Shown here one piece after another: positions 1 through 10,889 of a stretch of DNA of 64,000 nucleotides (the first letter of the stretch is position 1; every line of letters starts with the position of its first letter). Below the pieces are notes generated by a model. That model was not told the origin of the DNA and made no database searches. It saw nothing but the letters and a program-made list of their open reading frames with translations. Origin of the DNA: Macrostomum lignano (lineage: Eukaryota); NCBI GenBank assembly GCA_002269645.1, contig NIVC01000184.1:645173-709172 (forward strand), in the 5' to 3' direction. The position numbers were made by a program, and so were the translations under genes.

Positions 1-831
1 TCGCTGACGTTGGATTGCTTTAGTACATGTAAGCCACTTACATGTACCTGAGATGGACAAAATGCGCTAAAATTATCAGAGGGGAGAGGATCATATACAC
101 TTTAGAAATTCAGTAGCTCTCATATAAATACGATCGAGGTAAAAAATTTTCTCTTTCCACTTCAGATGCTAATTGTATTGAACTCCTTATTCGCTTAGAC
201 AAGTTTGGAGAGGCCAAGGAACGTGTACTCGTACATGTACATGTATTTTTTTATATTGCCAGTGCGCCGTTTAGTATGCTCTAGATAATCCCGAACGCAT
301 ATACGCTCGTATATATAGCGCTGCTGAATCGCCGGGGTTTCACCATAGACATTCACACGCCAATCCAATTCTTCTAGCGAACGTTTATAACGACTAATTT
401 TGCCTGCCGAACGTTTGCCAGCGGTACGTTTGCCTGCCGACGTTTGCCAGCCGACGACGACACAAAATTATTGGCTATTGCATATGTATGATTCATAACT
501 CAAAGAGCATCGCGCTAACGCATGCAGTGGAAGTGCGGAGCAGGACTGTGTGGTCAACTAATGGAGATGAAAGACAGAATTCATAATTTTAATGATGAGC
601 AGGATTAGAGCAGCTATACCCTCGTGTTAGGGAAGGGTTTGTACTGTATGGGGCGTTGCAAGCTGAATGTCTTTACTGTTAGCCATGCGTAGCAATGGGC
701 CATCCTCAAGCGATATTTTAATGTAACACTGGCCAGTTAGGGGAATATCACCCTTTGCCTTGCCCCCGAACGACTACAAAGTACTATAAGACTATCACTC
801 TACAAACTATACAGAATCTAAGAACTTCAAG

Positions 832-1561
832 ATGCTGAACTCCGGAGTTCAAGTCAAGCTGGCAATCATCCTTGCTGGCTCTGCAAGCTCCAGCTGCGAT
901 GCAGGACGCCTACAAGCTGATCACCGGCTACTAGCTGTGAATCAGGAGCGACTTCATTGAGACTCCAGGTGGCTCAGCGACAAAGTATTTCTGTGCCGCT
1001 CTGTGCAGCCGCAACCGGCGCTGTCAGGCGTTCAGCCTGGCTGACGGTCCGTGTCAGCTGTTCGTGTTCGACAAGTGCAGCAAGTCAGTGAGGGACTGCG
1101 GCTGCTCCAGGAGAGGCCGCGTGTTTGTGAAGCAGCAGCCGGGACTCGAGGCGGGCGCGCTGTGTCCGTCTGGCTACGGAGACGACCTGTGCGGAGTGAA
1201 GTACAAGCTGCACTTTAACGCCGATCTCTGGTGGCCGAGCAGACGCCTGTGCGAGTCGGAGAGCGGTCTGGTGATCATGGCCGACGTGGTGGACGCCTCC
1301 GAGATGAGCCACGTGGACTCGATCTACGACAGCCGGGCGGGCGGCACCTCGTTCTGGCTGGGCGGCCTCCAGCCGGCTGGCAGCCCGGAGCCAGCAGGCG
1401 GCTGGTACTGGGTCGGCTGCAACATCTCCGTTGACGCCAGCCTGTGGGGCAGCGGAGAGCCCCAGGATCCGGAGAATACTATCGGAAGGTGGAACGGTCA
1501 CGACAAGCTGTCCGACTTCAGAGACTACTCCGCTACCCCGCGAGCCGTCCTGTGCGAATGA
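832..1561 (+). pseudogene. Secreted PAN/apple + C-type lectin domain gene, disrupted (frameshift plus two in-frame stops), intronless
   Basis: ATG 832 opens a signal-like MLNSGVQVKLAIIL. The reading continues only in the +1 frame (from 872: LLALQAPAAMQDAYKLITGY), which has TAG 932-934 and TGA 938-940. It then gives a PAN-like CAALCSRNRRCQAFSLADGPCQL and a CTL domain (FWLGG, EPAGGWYW, WGSGEP, LSD..LCE) ending at 1561. AATAAA follows at about 1593. Confidence 0.7.
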
Positions 1562-2259
1562 TGGTCTCCCTTCGACTGACAAGCGCAGCTATAATAAAAA
1601 CTCTCCTTTTAATCAGCTCCTTTTCGCACGGTGGCTCTGCCGGATCGCCCTCGCGTAACGTATTGGGTTTCTCTGAACTTATAGTTAATTAACTCCAATA
1701 ATACAATATTCAACCTATTAAACCTTTATTCATTGATTAACAAGCCTTAGCCTAATCTTCGAATACGTTGCTTTCGGGGCGTAAATCTAACAATTCTCAA
1801 CTTTAAGCAAGCTCTGAAAACAAACGGTCCGTAATATGCTATACGCTGGTGGCAGCACTTGCACTACCCTACTTATACATGTAGTATCAATTAGAGAATA
1901 TCGAAGTACAATGAATTCGGTGTCAACAACCGCGCCAAATTTAAGACCGCTCGACTACGACTTCATCTACCCGCCGGAATTAAGGACCCGGCAGAAGCAA
2001 CGAGTTTTACTCGGCGAGATTTCCGGTTTGAAACGCGCGAACTCAAACGCAGGCGGCAATTCAAAATTCTGAAATCGCAGGGCCCGAAGTTTAAAGTAAA
2101 TATTTTAAACGCAAAGCCTGATAGATTCTCTGTCGTCTGTGCTTTAACTATTTTTTAAATTTACCCTCTGAGCTAAAATATCAACGAGAAATGTTTCTAC
2201 TGCAGATGTTCTGTAGGAAGTTGCGCGAGTATAATTTTATAATTTTGTTTTTCCGCTGA

Positions 2260-3835
2260 CGGACAGGTGACGATCGGCTTCCGCGCTATCAGCAGTTTGT
2301 CTACTTCGGCGGTCCTGGTGCCTGACGTTCGCCAGGATCTGTGACGCATCGCCGTGGACTTACCCCTGGGCTGCCTTTCGTTCCGTGAGGGCTGTCCTGC
2401 AGTCCGAGGCCCTGCCTGCCCGCCAGAAGGCGGCGTTGTTCCAGGCGGTGATCGAGACCGTCCTGTACGTTGTACAACGCCGAGACCTGGACGCTGACGG
2501 ATTCGCTCTGAAACAGCAGGTCGATGCGGCGCACGCTGGCCTGCTGCGCGCCGACTTCAAGATCGGCTACGAGCCGGTCACCAATGCGGCACTCTATCTG
2601 ATGTGTTCCTTATTACCAGACTTTCTCTGTAATCAAGGAACAATCACTTCTAGCTCAGTAGCTAGGCAACCCAGTAAGTCAACTGCAGGTACTCAATTAC
2701 CTTGAATCCGGGTGGGCTGTTCTTTTCCTAGAGTAGTTCTCGCAATAGGTCTCTCAGTGGATCCGTAGGTCTCGTTTATCTTCCGGAAGACTCTGTTGCT
2801 CTGGTCGGATTTCTTCTTTGTTTCTCACCGGCCGGTATCTGTCGTTCGGACCAATGGGAAGCTTCCAATTACAATTGGTACCCTGCGCCAACTGCGGTTC
2901 AATATAATTGCCTCCTTCTTCTAGCAGTGCCTCTATGTACTCTAGGTCTAGCTCCGGTATTCTCTAGCAGATCTTCTAAGATCTACTAGGGTAGTCCTTC
3001 GGGCGACTACAACCTATGGAGTCTCAAATGGACTCAAGAGTCTCAACAGACTCTAACACTATATCACAAGTGAGTCGACTCAACAACAACGGGCGCAAAT
3101 AAGGAAGGCTTACCGCAAGTCACTCGACCGAGTCTAGAGTTGATCTAGGAAGTCTTGGCTAAAGCTTCCTCTTCGGAGCTCCTTCTCCTTCCGGAGACCG
3201 GTTTCTTGGCTCCGGGTCCACTTCGGACCACTTGTATTTATAGGCAAATGAACTTCTCTCGAGGTCGTCCATCACTTTTTCGTAAATGTCAAAGGGTCAC
3301 GATTCGGTGGCTGTCAAGCATGACAGGGTAGAAAGTTGCGCAACTAGTCTACTTTAAAAGCGCATGATTGGTTACCGTAGCTGGTAGCCTTCGATTGGTT
3401 CATCCGGGTGCAAACCGGGTGCAAGCCAAATGATGAATCGCAGGTGGGGTTTGAACTGACAATTGTATGTTACGCATGATTGGTCGGTTGCCAAAAAGCA
3501 TGACCGACTTTTCTCTCTTTTGATTGGTTGATTAAAATATATGTATGGTTCAGTGCATATCTTTATACATGCTACTTAGTATACTACTGAATAAAATGTG
3601 TGAGTAGTACATTAACACTTTTTATGTCTTCTCTTACGGGAGGTAGAACACTCTACATATCCCCTCTCCCGTCCCAGCGAATGGTTGCGCCATCGGTGAC
3701 TCAGCTGGCAGGCCATTTCATCCGAGCCGAGTCCTATACTGCCCACAGCCGGGTCTGGAGGTGCTGCTGCTGACGCTGCTGACGTTTCGTCGACTGCCTG
3801 CTGGCTGATGCCGGCGTTTGCGCCCCGGCCTTGAA
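2260..3835 (+). mobile_element. Degenerate non-LTR retrotransposon (RTE-like LINE) RT/C-terminal fragment, split by a ~1.05-kb insertion
   Basis: Frame-shifted translation of 2280-2596 gives QQFVYFGG..WAAFRSVRAVLQSEAL..ALFQAVIETVL-YNAETWTLT..VTNAALY, close to the RTE LLYGxETWTLT motif. It resumes at ~3670 with RPSEWLRHR..QLAGHFIRAESY.CPQP..EVLLLTL (R-x-L-x-GH motif). Confidence 0.75.
2597..3648 (-). mobile_element. Solo-LTR-like insertion nested in the LINE fragment
   Basis: Non-coding 1052-bp block flanked by a CACTCTA direct repeat (2590-2596, 3649-3655). TGTTC (2604) and GAACA (3646-3650) lie near the ends. On the minus strand, TATAAATA (3235-3242) sits downstream of several CCAAT boxes (~3366-3530). 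Confidence 0.5.
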
Positions 3836-4329
3836 ATGTGCTTTAAGACATTGTCTGTGACATTGACACTGGCTGAGAATGTATTTTGTTGTTGTAGTTA
3901 TTGTCGTTGTTTTCCGCTTTAGTGCCTCTTTTTAAAGTGTGCAAGACGAACGTGCGTTCCGAGTCACTGCAAGATAGGCAATGTAATGCACGAGCTAGCA
4001 CTGCATCGTGACTTCGAGGCTCCACTTGGTAAAAATATTGTGAAAAGATGAGTCCCCGTTAGTAAACTTAGGTCAAAGCTTAGAGACCCATGACTCTGTT
4101 TTTCCAAGTGAAAATGGCCGCATTACTTGCATTATACGTTGTGTTGAAGTCGGCGAAAGCATTAAGACACATTAAATATATAGACCATAGTCTATGGTTC
4201 AAACTCATCCAGATAGAATGAACCTATTCAACAAGTAAATTGCTGCAAAATCATCTCTAAACTCGTATTAGATCTGCCCGGCTGACTTCATCAGCAATTT
4301 CTGTAGCCAACTGTTCAACAGCAGCAGAC

Positions 4330-5091
4330 ATGTCTCGCTACCGCGGTTTCACAGTCTCCTTTAATTCCATTGGCGCCGGCAAAATCCTGCGCAAGTACCT
4401 GGTGCTCGCCTGCCAGGAGATGCTCACTCCGCTGCTCAACCAGGCCAACGTCAACATGGTCGAGGCCAAGTGCCAGTGCCAGATTGTCATCAACACTCGG
4501 GCCGTGTTTCGCAAGGGCGCCATCGGTACCTGGGTGAAATTCCAACTGCTCCAGGTGATCGCACCTAGCAACGCTAAGCATGTGCAGGCTAAGCGTCTGC
4601 TAGAAGGCCTCCTACCCGGCAATACGGTTCTTGAGGAGTACAAAGACACAGCCAAATCGCGAATCCAATGCAACGAGTTTGTGCCCGACAACAAAGACCT
4701 AGTGTTCAACTTCCATCGCAATGGCATCATGCACTACAAGTACGGCGAGGTGGAAGACCTCTACACGCCGGGAGCGCCTCTGGTTGACAAGAAGACTCTA
4801 AAGAAGATTGTACCGCCGTGGAAGATCACGAAACGGGAGCACCAGGGCGTCGCGCTGCCCAGTAGAAACTTCCCGCTGCAACGCCGGCTGAACATGATCG
4901 GCCTGCTGGACATGCTGCTGCTGGGCGCCGAGTACACGGGCGAAACGGTGGACGGCAACAAGAACAATCCGGAGAATTTGAACAACGCCGAGGTTGACAC
5001 GCACCCGATGCGGCGAAACGCGCCGCCGCTGTTTGCCGGACGCTCTGACCCGACCAGACGGTCGCCGCCGCCCTACTTCGCATTTATCTGA
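4330..5091 (+). CDS. Intronless 253-aa protein of unknown function (orphan)
   Basis: ATG start and GC3-rich codons like the bona fide exons in this window. Non-repetitive, globular-looking sequence. Acceptor-like TTTCTGTAG ends at 4306, 23 nt upstream. No domain recognised. Confidence 0.65.
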   Translation: MSRYRGFTVSFNSIGAGKILRKYLVLACQEMLTPLLNQANVNMVEAKCQCQIVINTRAVFRKGAIGTWVKFQLLQVIAPSNAKHVQAKRLLEGLLPGNTVLEEYKDTAKSRIQCNEFVPDNKDLVFNFHRNGIMHYKYGEVEDLYTPGAPLVDKKTLKKIVPPWKITKREHQGVALPSRNFPLQRRLNMIGLLDMLLLGAEYTGETVDGNKNNPENLNNAEVDTHPMRRNAPPLFAGRSDPTRRSPPPYFAFI

Positions 5092-5579
5092 GGACGAGAA
5101 GTGCGTGCGTCACTCCGTTTCTGTAACGAATATGAACAAGTCAGTAACGATGCTTCGAGCTAACAATATTGTACGATAAGCTTTTGTCCTGTTATGCTGA
5201 GTTCCGCTATGCTCAGGATGTTGTTTTTGGTTTTTCAAAAAACACAACTATCCAATTCTTTACTTTGAACTTTGATGCATTTTTTTTCGGAACCGTCGCA
5301 CAAGAACTTCGGTTGGATTCTTATCAAATTCTGGTTTATTTTTTTTTTCAAAACGTGCGAATAACAGCTAGTACCTATGTTGGAATTGTGAAGTTGAGAC
5401 AGCAGAATGTCAATGCAGATAAACTGTAACTTCAGAAATAAAACAGCAAAGATGAACTGCTCTGTAAATGTAAAAGTTATCAGCGTTGGGACTTTTTTCC
5501 TTTAAATGCATGAAAATTTGGCGTTGAAGTATCTATATTTAATTAGAAAATTGCCAGAAAATTTGTTTTTATAGAGAAA

Positions 5580-6050
5580 GAGCAAAAACAACAACAGCAA
5601 CAACAACCACGACCACAACAACAACAAAAAGCACAACAACAACAACAAGGCACAACAATAACAATCAAATAGCCAGGGACTACTTAAACTACTTAGTTAG
5701 TTAGTTAGTTTGTTAGTTTAAGTAGTCCCTGCAAACAGCAAAAACCACAACATGCACAACAACAACAACCAAACAACAACCTCAACGACAATAGGAACAA
5801 AAACAACACCAACAACAATCACAACTATAGAACAATACCAACAACAACAAACACAACGACAAAAACAGCAACAACAACAACCAGAACAATAACAACAACA
5901 ACAACAAAACAACAACAACACCAACAACACCAACAACAACAAAAACAACAATAGGAACAATAACAACAACAACAAAACAACAACAACACCAACAACAATC
6001 ACAACCAAGAACAAGCAAAACAACAACAACAACAACATCAACCAAGCGCA
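5580..6050. repeat. (CAA/AAC)n microsatellite, imperfect
   Basis: Runs of aacaacaac, directly visible. Confidence 0.95.
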
Positions 6051-6195
6051 ATTAAAAACGCTCTTTAATAAAGATATCTCTGAACAGCTGAAGTAAGGAC
6101 GCTTTACACTTTTCTAAGTTTATCAGAAATGAGCTAGAGGTCGGAGTTTGCAAACCGGAAGTCCTCCAAGTGCATAGGTGCGGGAATTAGCGATG

Positions 6196-7713
6196 TCAGG
6201 AAGGCGGGCTTCGCATCAGGCTATCTTTTTTCAACATCGCCTTGTCTCTGCTTCTTTCTAGTCTCGCATTTTTCTCTCGTTCCAGTTTCAACTCCGCGTC
6301 CAGCAGGTCCTCATGTTTATAGAGATTGTAGCTCTGCCGTTTGCCGCTAGGCGAATACCCAATGATGCCGTCAATGGTTGACAAAATGCCTGAAGCGACA
6401 TCCGTCACAGACGATTTACTAGTGGCGTCAACCATGAATACGCTTCTATTTTTCATCTTTTTCATCAGCAGAGCAAACGGCACAGAGTCCTTCTTGCGCT
6501 GTTCCATCCGGTCTTGAAATTTTGTCTGATCACCGCCAAGACAGTCGCCGTGGGTGAACACCAGCACTAGGAATGTCCAGAAATTTTCACCAAACAGTTT
6601 TTTAAGATGCTTCAACGAAAGCTCGTCGTCAGTTGAGTAGGGCTTGTCCAGTCTGAGGACTAGCAGGAATGCGCTAACGCCATCGTTGCTCGACGATACA
6701 GCCGGCTTGAGCAGCTCTAGGTTGAGGCTCCTGGCGCTCGGTGTGTCAGTCACTGTGAGCTTCCGACCTTTGAGAACTCCCTGCCGTAGGGATAAATGCG
6801 ACGGATTTGAGACGGCGAGTGGATTTTTGCGTTGTTGTATGGGTTTTAATTGTGTTAGCGTCTGGGATTTTAGTGTTGGGATCTGGGATTTTAGTGTTGG
6901 GATCTGGGATTTTAGGATTGGAATCTGGGATTTAAGTGTTGGGATCTGGGATTTTAGTTTTGGGATCGAGGATTTTAGTGTTGGGATCTGGATTTTAGGA
7001 TTGGAATCTGGGATTTTAGTGTTGGGATCTGGGACTTCCGTTTTGGGATCGGGGATTTTAGTGTTGGGATCTGGGATTTTAGGATTGGAATCTGGGATTT
7101 TAGTGTTGGGATCTGGGACTTCCGTTTTGGGATCGGGGATTTTAGTGTTGGGATCTAGGATTTCAGTGTTGGGATCGGGGATTTTAGTGTTGGGATCTGG
7201 GATTTCCGTTTTGGGATCGGGGATTTTAGTGTTGGGATCTGGGATTTTAGTGTTGGGATCTGGGATTATAGTGTTGGGATCTGGGGTTTTAGTGTTGGGA
7301 TCTGGGGTTTTAGTGTTGGGATCTGGGATTTTAGTGTTGGGATCTGGGGTTTTAGTGTTGGGATCTGGGGTTTTAGTGCTGGGATCGGGGATTTTAGTGT
7401 TGGGATCTGGGATTTTAGTGTTGGGATCTGGGGTTTTAGTGTTGGGATCTGGGATTTCAGTTTTGGGGTCGGGGATTTTAAGTGTTGGGATCGGGGATTT
7501 TTAGTGTTGGGATCCGGGATTTTAGTGTTGGGATCTGGGATTTATGTAACTCCGAACCCTCACCGATACGCAGATCGAGCCAGAAGCTGTAGCGCCACCG
7601 CTCGGCACAGAAAATGCGTCCTCTTTCCCTAGCAACCGGTTGCCAAGGCTGCTTTTGCCAACCCCGGAGTCGCCAAGAATTAACAAATTAATTGCCGGCT
7701 TTAACTCAGGAAA
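6196..7713 (-). CDS. AIG1/GIMAP-family P-loop GTPase (5' exon with start codon not located)
   Basis: Exons 7713-7564 (LLILGDSGVGKSSLGNRLLGKEDAF, G1) and 6780-6196 (GRKLTVTDTP, AFLLVLRLD, LKKLFGENFW, LVFTHGD, G4) are joined by a phase-0 GT(GAGG)..CAG intron 7563-6781. C-terminal coiled-coil-like tail. Confidence 0.85.
6860..7545. repeat. 21-bp minisatellite (GGGATTTTAGTGTTGGGATCT) in the GIMAP intron
   Basis: About 30 tandem units visible. Confidence 0.95.
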
Positions 7714-7879
7714 CTGCAAGTATATTTGGAACCTACAGTCTAGATGGCATAATTTAGAAGACACCAAGAATAGCGTCCTGATCTACTTCAGTTTTTGATG
7801 GTGGAAACTTATTTTTACCTTAAAGGCCAGATATACGTATTAGCGAATTCATATTCTATTAGCGAGAATAGAATATGAA

Positions 7880-8190
7880 AGACGAAAGAGAGGAGAGGTG
7901 GAGAGGCGAGAGGTGGGATGAGAGAAGAGACAAGTAAGTAAGAGGAGAGACGAGAGAGAGGGGAGATGAGAGAGGGAAGATAGCCTAAGGAGAGGAGAGA
8001 GAAGATAAGAGAGGAGAGAGGGGAGATTACAGAGGAGAGAGGGGAGATAAGAGAGGAGAGAGGGAAGATAAGAGAGGAAAGAGGGGAGATAAGAGAGGAA
8101 AGAGGGGAGATAAGAGAGGAGATAGGGGAGCTAAGAGAGGAAAGAGGGGAGATAAGAGAGGAGATAGGGGAGCTAAGAGAGCTGAGAAGA
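7880..8190. repeat. GA-rich low-complexity tandem repeat
   Basis: GAGGGGAGATAAGAGAG-like units. Confidence 0.9.
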
Positions 8191-8749
8191 CACAAACCCT
8201 GAGCAGGCTGGAGCACAGATACTATAAACACTAGATAGGCCACTCAGGCTAATTTTCTGGGCAAGTTTTTTATTCTACTTTCTGCTTAGTAGCAATGAAA
8301 GGAAGCAACAGTATTATTTGCTAAATTAGACAAATCGAGTGACTGTTTTTAAGACATCGTTTTGCTAACGCCATAAACAACTAACTTGTTTTGTGCACTA
8401 ATGGTGTACATTAAGACGCGACAGACAGTGTGCAATGCCGCTATCTTTCAAAGTGGAGGAAGGGGGGTAGTCTGGAATAGGGTTAATATCAGTTTCGTAT
8501 AAGGCAGGGTGAGTGGATCGATAATTTAGGCCTACTGGTGGTGGGATAGAAAATAAAGGACTGCACATAGCTAGCCTGGGTTAGGGGTGGGGTGGGGGTT
8601 GAGAGGTTGTGGGTTAGAAAATTTGGGGGTGGCGAATCGTGCTTAAATACAAGCTTATATAGATGAACAGGACAAGAGTCAGAGTTAAAGAAAGTTCGAG
8701 TGCATACTAGCTTTTCTATCTAATCTTGTACTCGAGAAATGTTTTGATT

Positions 8750-9950
8750 CGAACCACTGCTGTGCTCCCACTTGCACGAGCTTTGTACTAGTGCTATTAA
8801 CATCCGAGAAAGAAAAATCCGTTGCGAATGCATAAATTACCAAAAGATGACACTGGCGAAGCGCTGGCAGCAGCTACTACAGGAGCGTGGATATTGATCT
8901 TTATAAACAATTAAATCACGGGGCCTCCGTGTGTTCAGCTTGCACTTTATGGACGAGGCCTACTGCTGCCTTACAAAGTGCCACGGATGTGCAAGACATC
9001 TGTTTTCGCTGGGACGCAATCCCACACCAAGAGTTGATGCTGCCTCGGCTCGTTCAAATAGACCAGCTACCCTCTGTGCAAAGGACTGATAAACGATGAA
9101 GAGGCAGACGACATGTACCCTCCAGTGCTGGGGCCAATTAGCAATCTATCTGCAGCCGAGCCTGCGACTTGCCTGCTGCCAGTGCTGTGGCAGAGCAACC
9201 TTCGGCTACCAGATTCTGCGCCGAGAACAGCTGTTGCGGCTGAAAGCTCTCACCTCTGCAGCCGATTCGCGGGTTCCAAGCGCTAGAGGCAAAGATCAAG
9301 CGGCTGCAGCAACGATCCCGAAAGTGACAGGCGAATCAAGCGGCTGCAGCGGCAATCCCGAAAGTGACAGGCGAATCAAGCGGCTGCAGCGGCAATCCCG
9401 AAAGCGACAGGCAAATCAAGCGGCTGCAGCGGCAATCCCGAAAGCGACAGGCAAATCAAGCGGCTGCAGCGGCAATCCCGAAAGCGACAGGCAAATCAAG
9501 CGGCTGCAGCGGCAATCCCGAAAGCGACAGGCAAATCAAGCGGCTGCAGCGGCAACTCTCGATGGTCAAGGCAAGTGCAGCGCAGTCGTGCATCCATGGA
9601 CTGTGGAGGCGTGGCTAGCGCAGCTTCCAGCGGTCGACTGGGCGGCAGGGCGCTCGCAGTCAGGGGTGCTCTGGTCAAAGGATGTCATCTCATCAGCAGC
9701 TCATTGCAGCTGCACCACAAAAGTCCTGCTGCTTATCGGCTGCCTGTTACGAAACCACTGAGGATTGGCTCCATCGGATACATCCCTGGACCTTGAAGTG
9801 GCGCATTCGCCAGTTTTTTTCATCTGTTGGGCCGTTCTGAATGCTGCCTCTGAACAAGGGCGACTGGCGACCCTGTTCTTCGACAGCACGCTGCGAGTTT
9901 CACAAACAGATGAGCTGATTAAGATGAGAAATCTTTCTATTTTGCTTCAC
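8750..9950 (+). mobile_element. Decayed THAP-domain / P-element (THAP9-like) transposase relic
   Basis: Across frameshifts at 8755-8960: HCCAPTC..HKLPKDD..AKRWQQLL..VCSLHF (THAP C2CH signature). At ~9690-9740: SLQLHHKSPAAYR (P-transposase L-x-L-x-x-x-SP-x-AY motif). At ~9865-9885: LATLFFD. Confidence 0.55.
9297..9556. repeat. 40-bp tandem repeat (CAAGCGGCTGCAGCGGCAATCCCGAAAGCGACAGGCAAAT), ~6.5 copies
   Basis: Units start at 9297, 9337, 9377, 9417, 9457, 9497 and 9537. Confidence 0.95.
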
Positions 9951-10299
9951 GAATATGGATTATGGAGTATATGATATAGCTCGTATTTGCTAAATATACA
10001 ATAGTAGACTGCAATAATATAGCCTTCTATGCAATCTAAAGCATTCACAATGTTGCTTTGAATTGTGGAAAGTATAATTATAAGTTTCTTTTTGCAAAAA
10101 ATCAATACAATTGCTGCATTGCATTCATCTGTTTTTTTATTTTAAAAAAATATAAATAACGCTAAAATGTTTTTACTACTACTAAGCAGAAAGTAGAGTA
10201 AACTGTCGTGTTGTGAAAATTAGCTGGAGTGGCCTATCTAGTGTTTATAGTATCTGTGGGCTGGAGTGCTATATTATGAAGTTTCACAGGACCCGAGAA

Positions 10300-10357
10300 C
10301 CAGAGAGAAGCTTCGCGAGCCGCATGTGGCCCGCGGGCCGGAGTCTGCCGACCCCTG
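10300..10357. mobile_element. Single terminal end of a hAT-type element
   Basis: GCCGCATGTGGCCCGCGGGCCGGAGTCTGCCGACCCCTG resembles common hAT/MITE ends (revcomp CAGGGGTCGGCA..GGCCCGCGGGCC). The partner end was not found. Confidence 0.5.
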
Positions 10358-10889
10358 CCTTGCATAGGGCGAGCCTTATATCCACGTATCCCTCTCGCCT
10401 TACCGCAGCCGGTGGTGCGTTTGAAGTGCAGTACGACGTTGAGAAGTAGCCTTTGTAGGCCATTCAAAATTCCAACTCAAAGCTGCCGACTCGAGCAGAA
10501 TTGCAAAAGCAGCTTGGCACCAACTGCGAATGCAGATGCTGTAGGCTTTAGGCATATTTAAAGTGCGCCTGCAGTACACCAACTAAAGCAATCCTAAGTT
10601 TGCGCATTGCCACACAATAGCACGTCCGCTACCATTTTCTCTCTCGCAGCTAAACAATAAAACAACCCTCAGTACGCGAGAAGAAAAAACAAATATTGAA
10701 TGTACATTCGATTGTGGCGCGCTTGCACTCGTAAAGCATCGAGATCGAAACAAACAGAATAGAGAGAGAGCGAGAGAGAGGCAAAATTTTGGTCAACTAT
10801 TGCTTTAGCTGCATGAGGTCAAAGTATATGTAGATCATCTTTAGACAAGATGTAAAACCAGGAGCAGATTTTCTACAGTACTCACAATC

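Noticed and set aside
5718-7504. ORFs 5718-6051 (poly-L/V/C) and 6644-7504 (ILVLGSG repeats)
   Set aside because: Translations of a CAA microsatellite and a 21-bp intronic array; no coding signature.
8578-8598. G-quadruplex-like GGGTTAGGGGTGGGGTGGGGG
   Set aside because: An isolated motif with no functional context I can support.
9096-9761. 221-aa ORF as a standalone gene
   Set aside because: Mostly a read-through of the 40-bp array inside the decayed THAP/P element.
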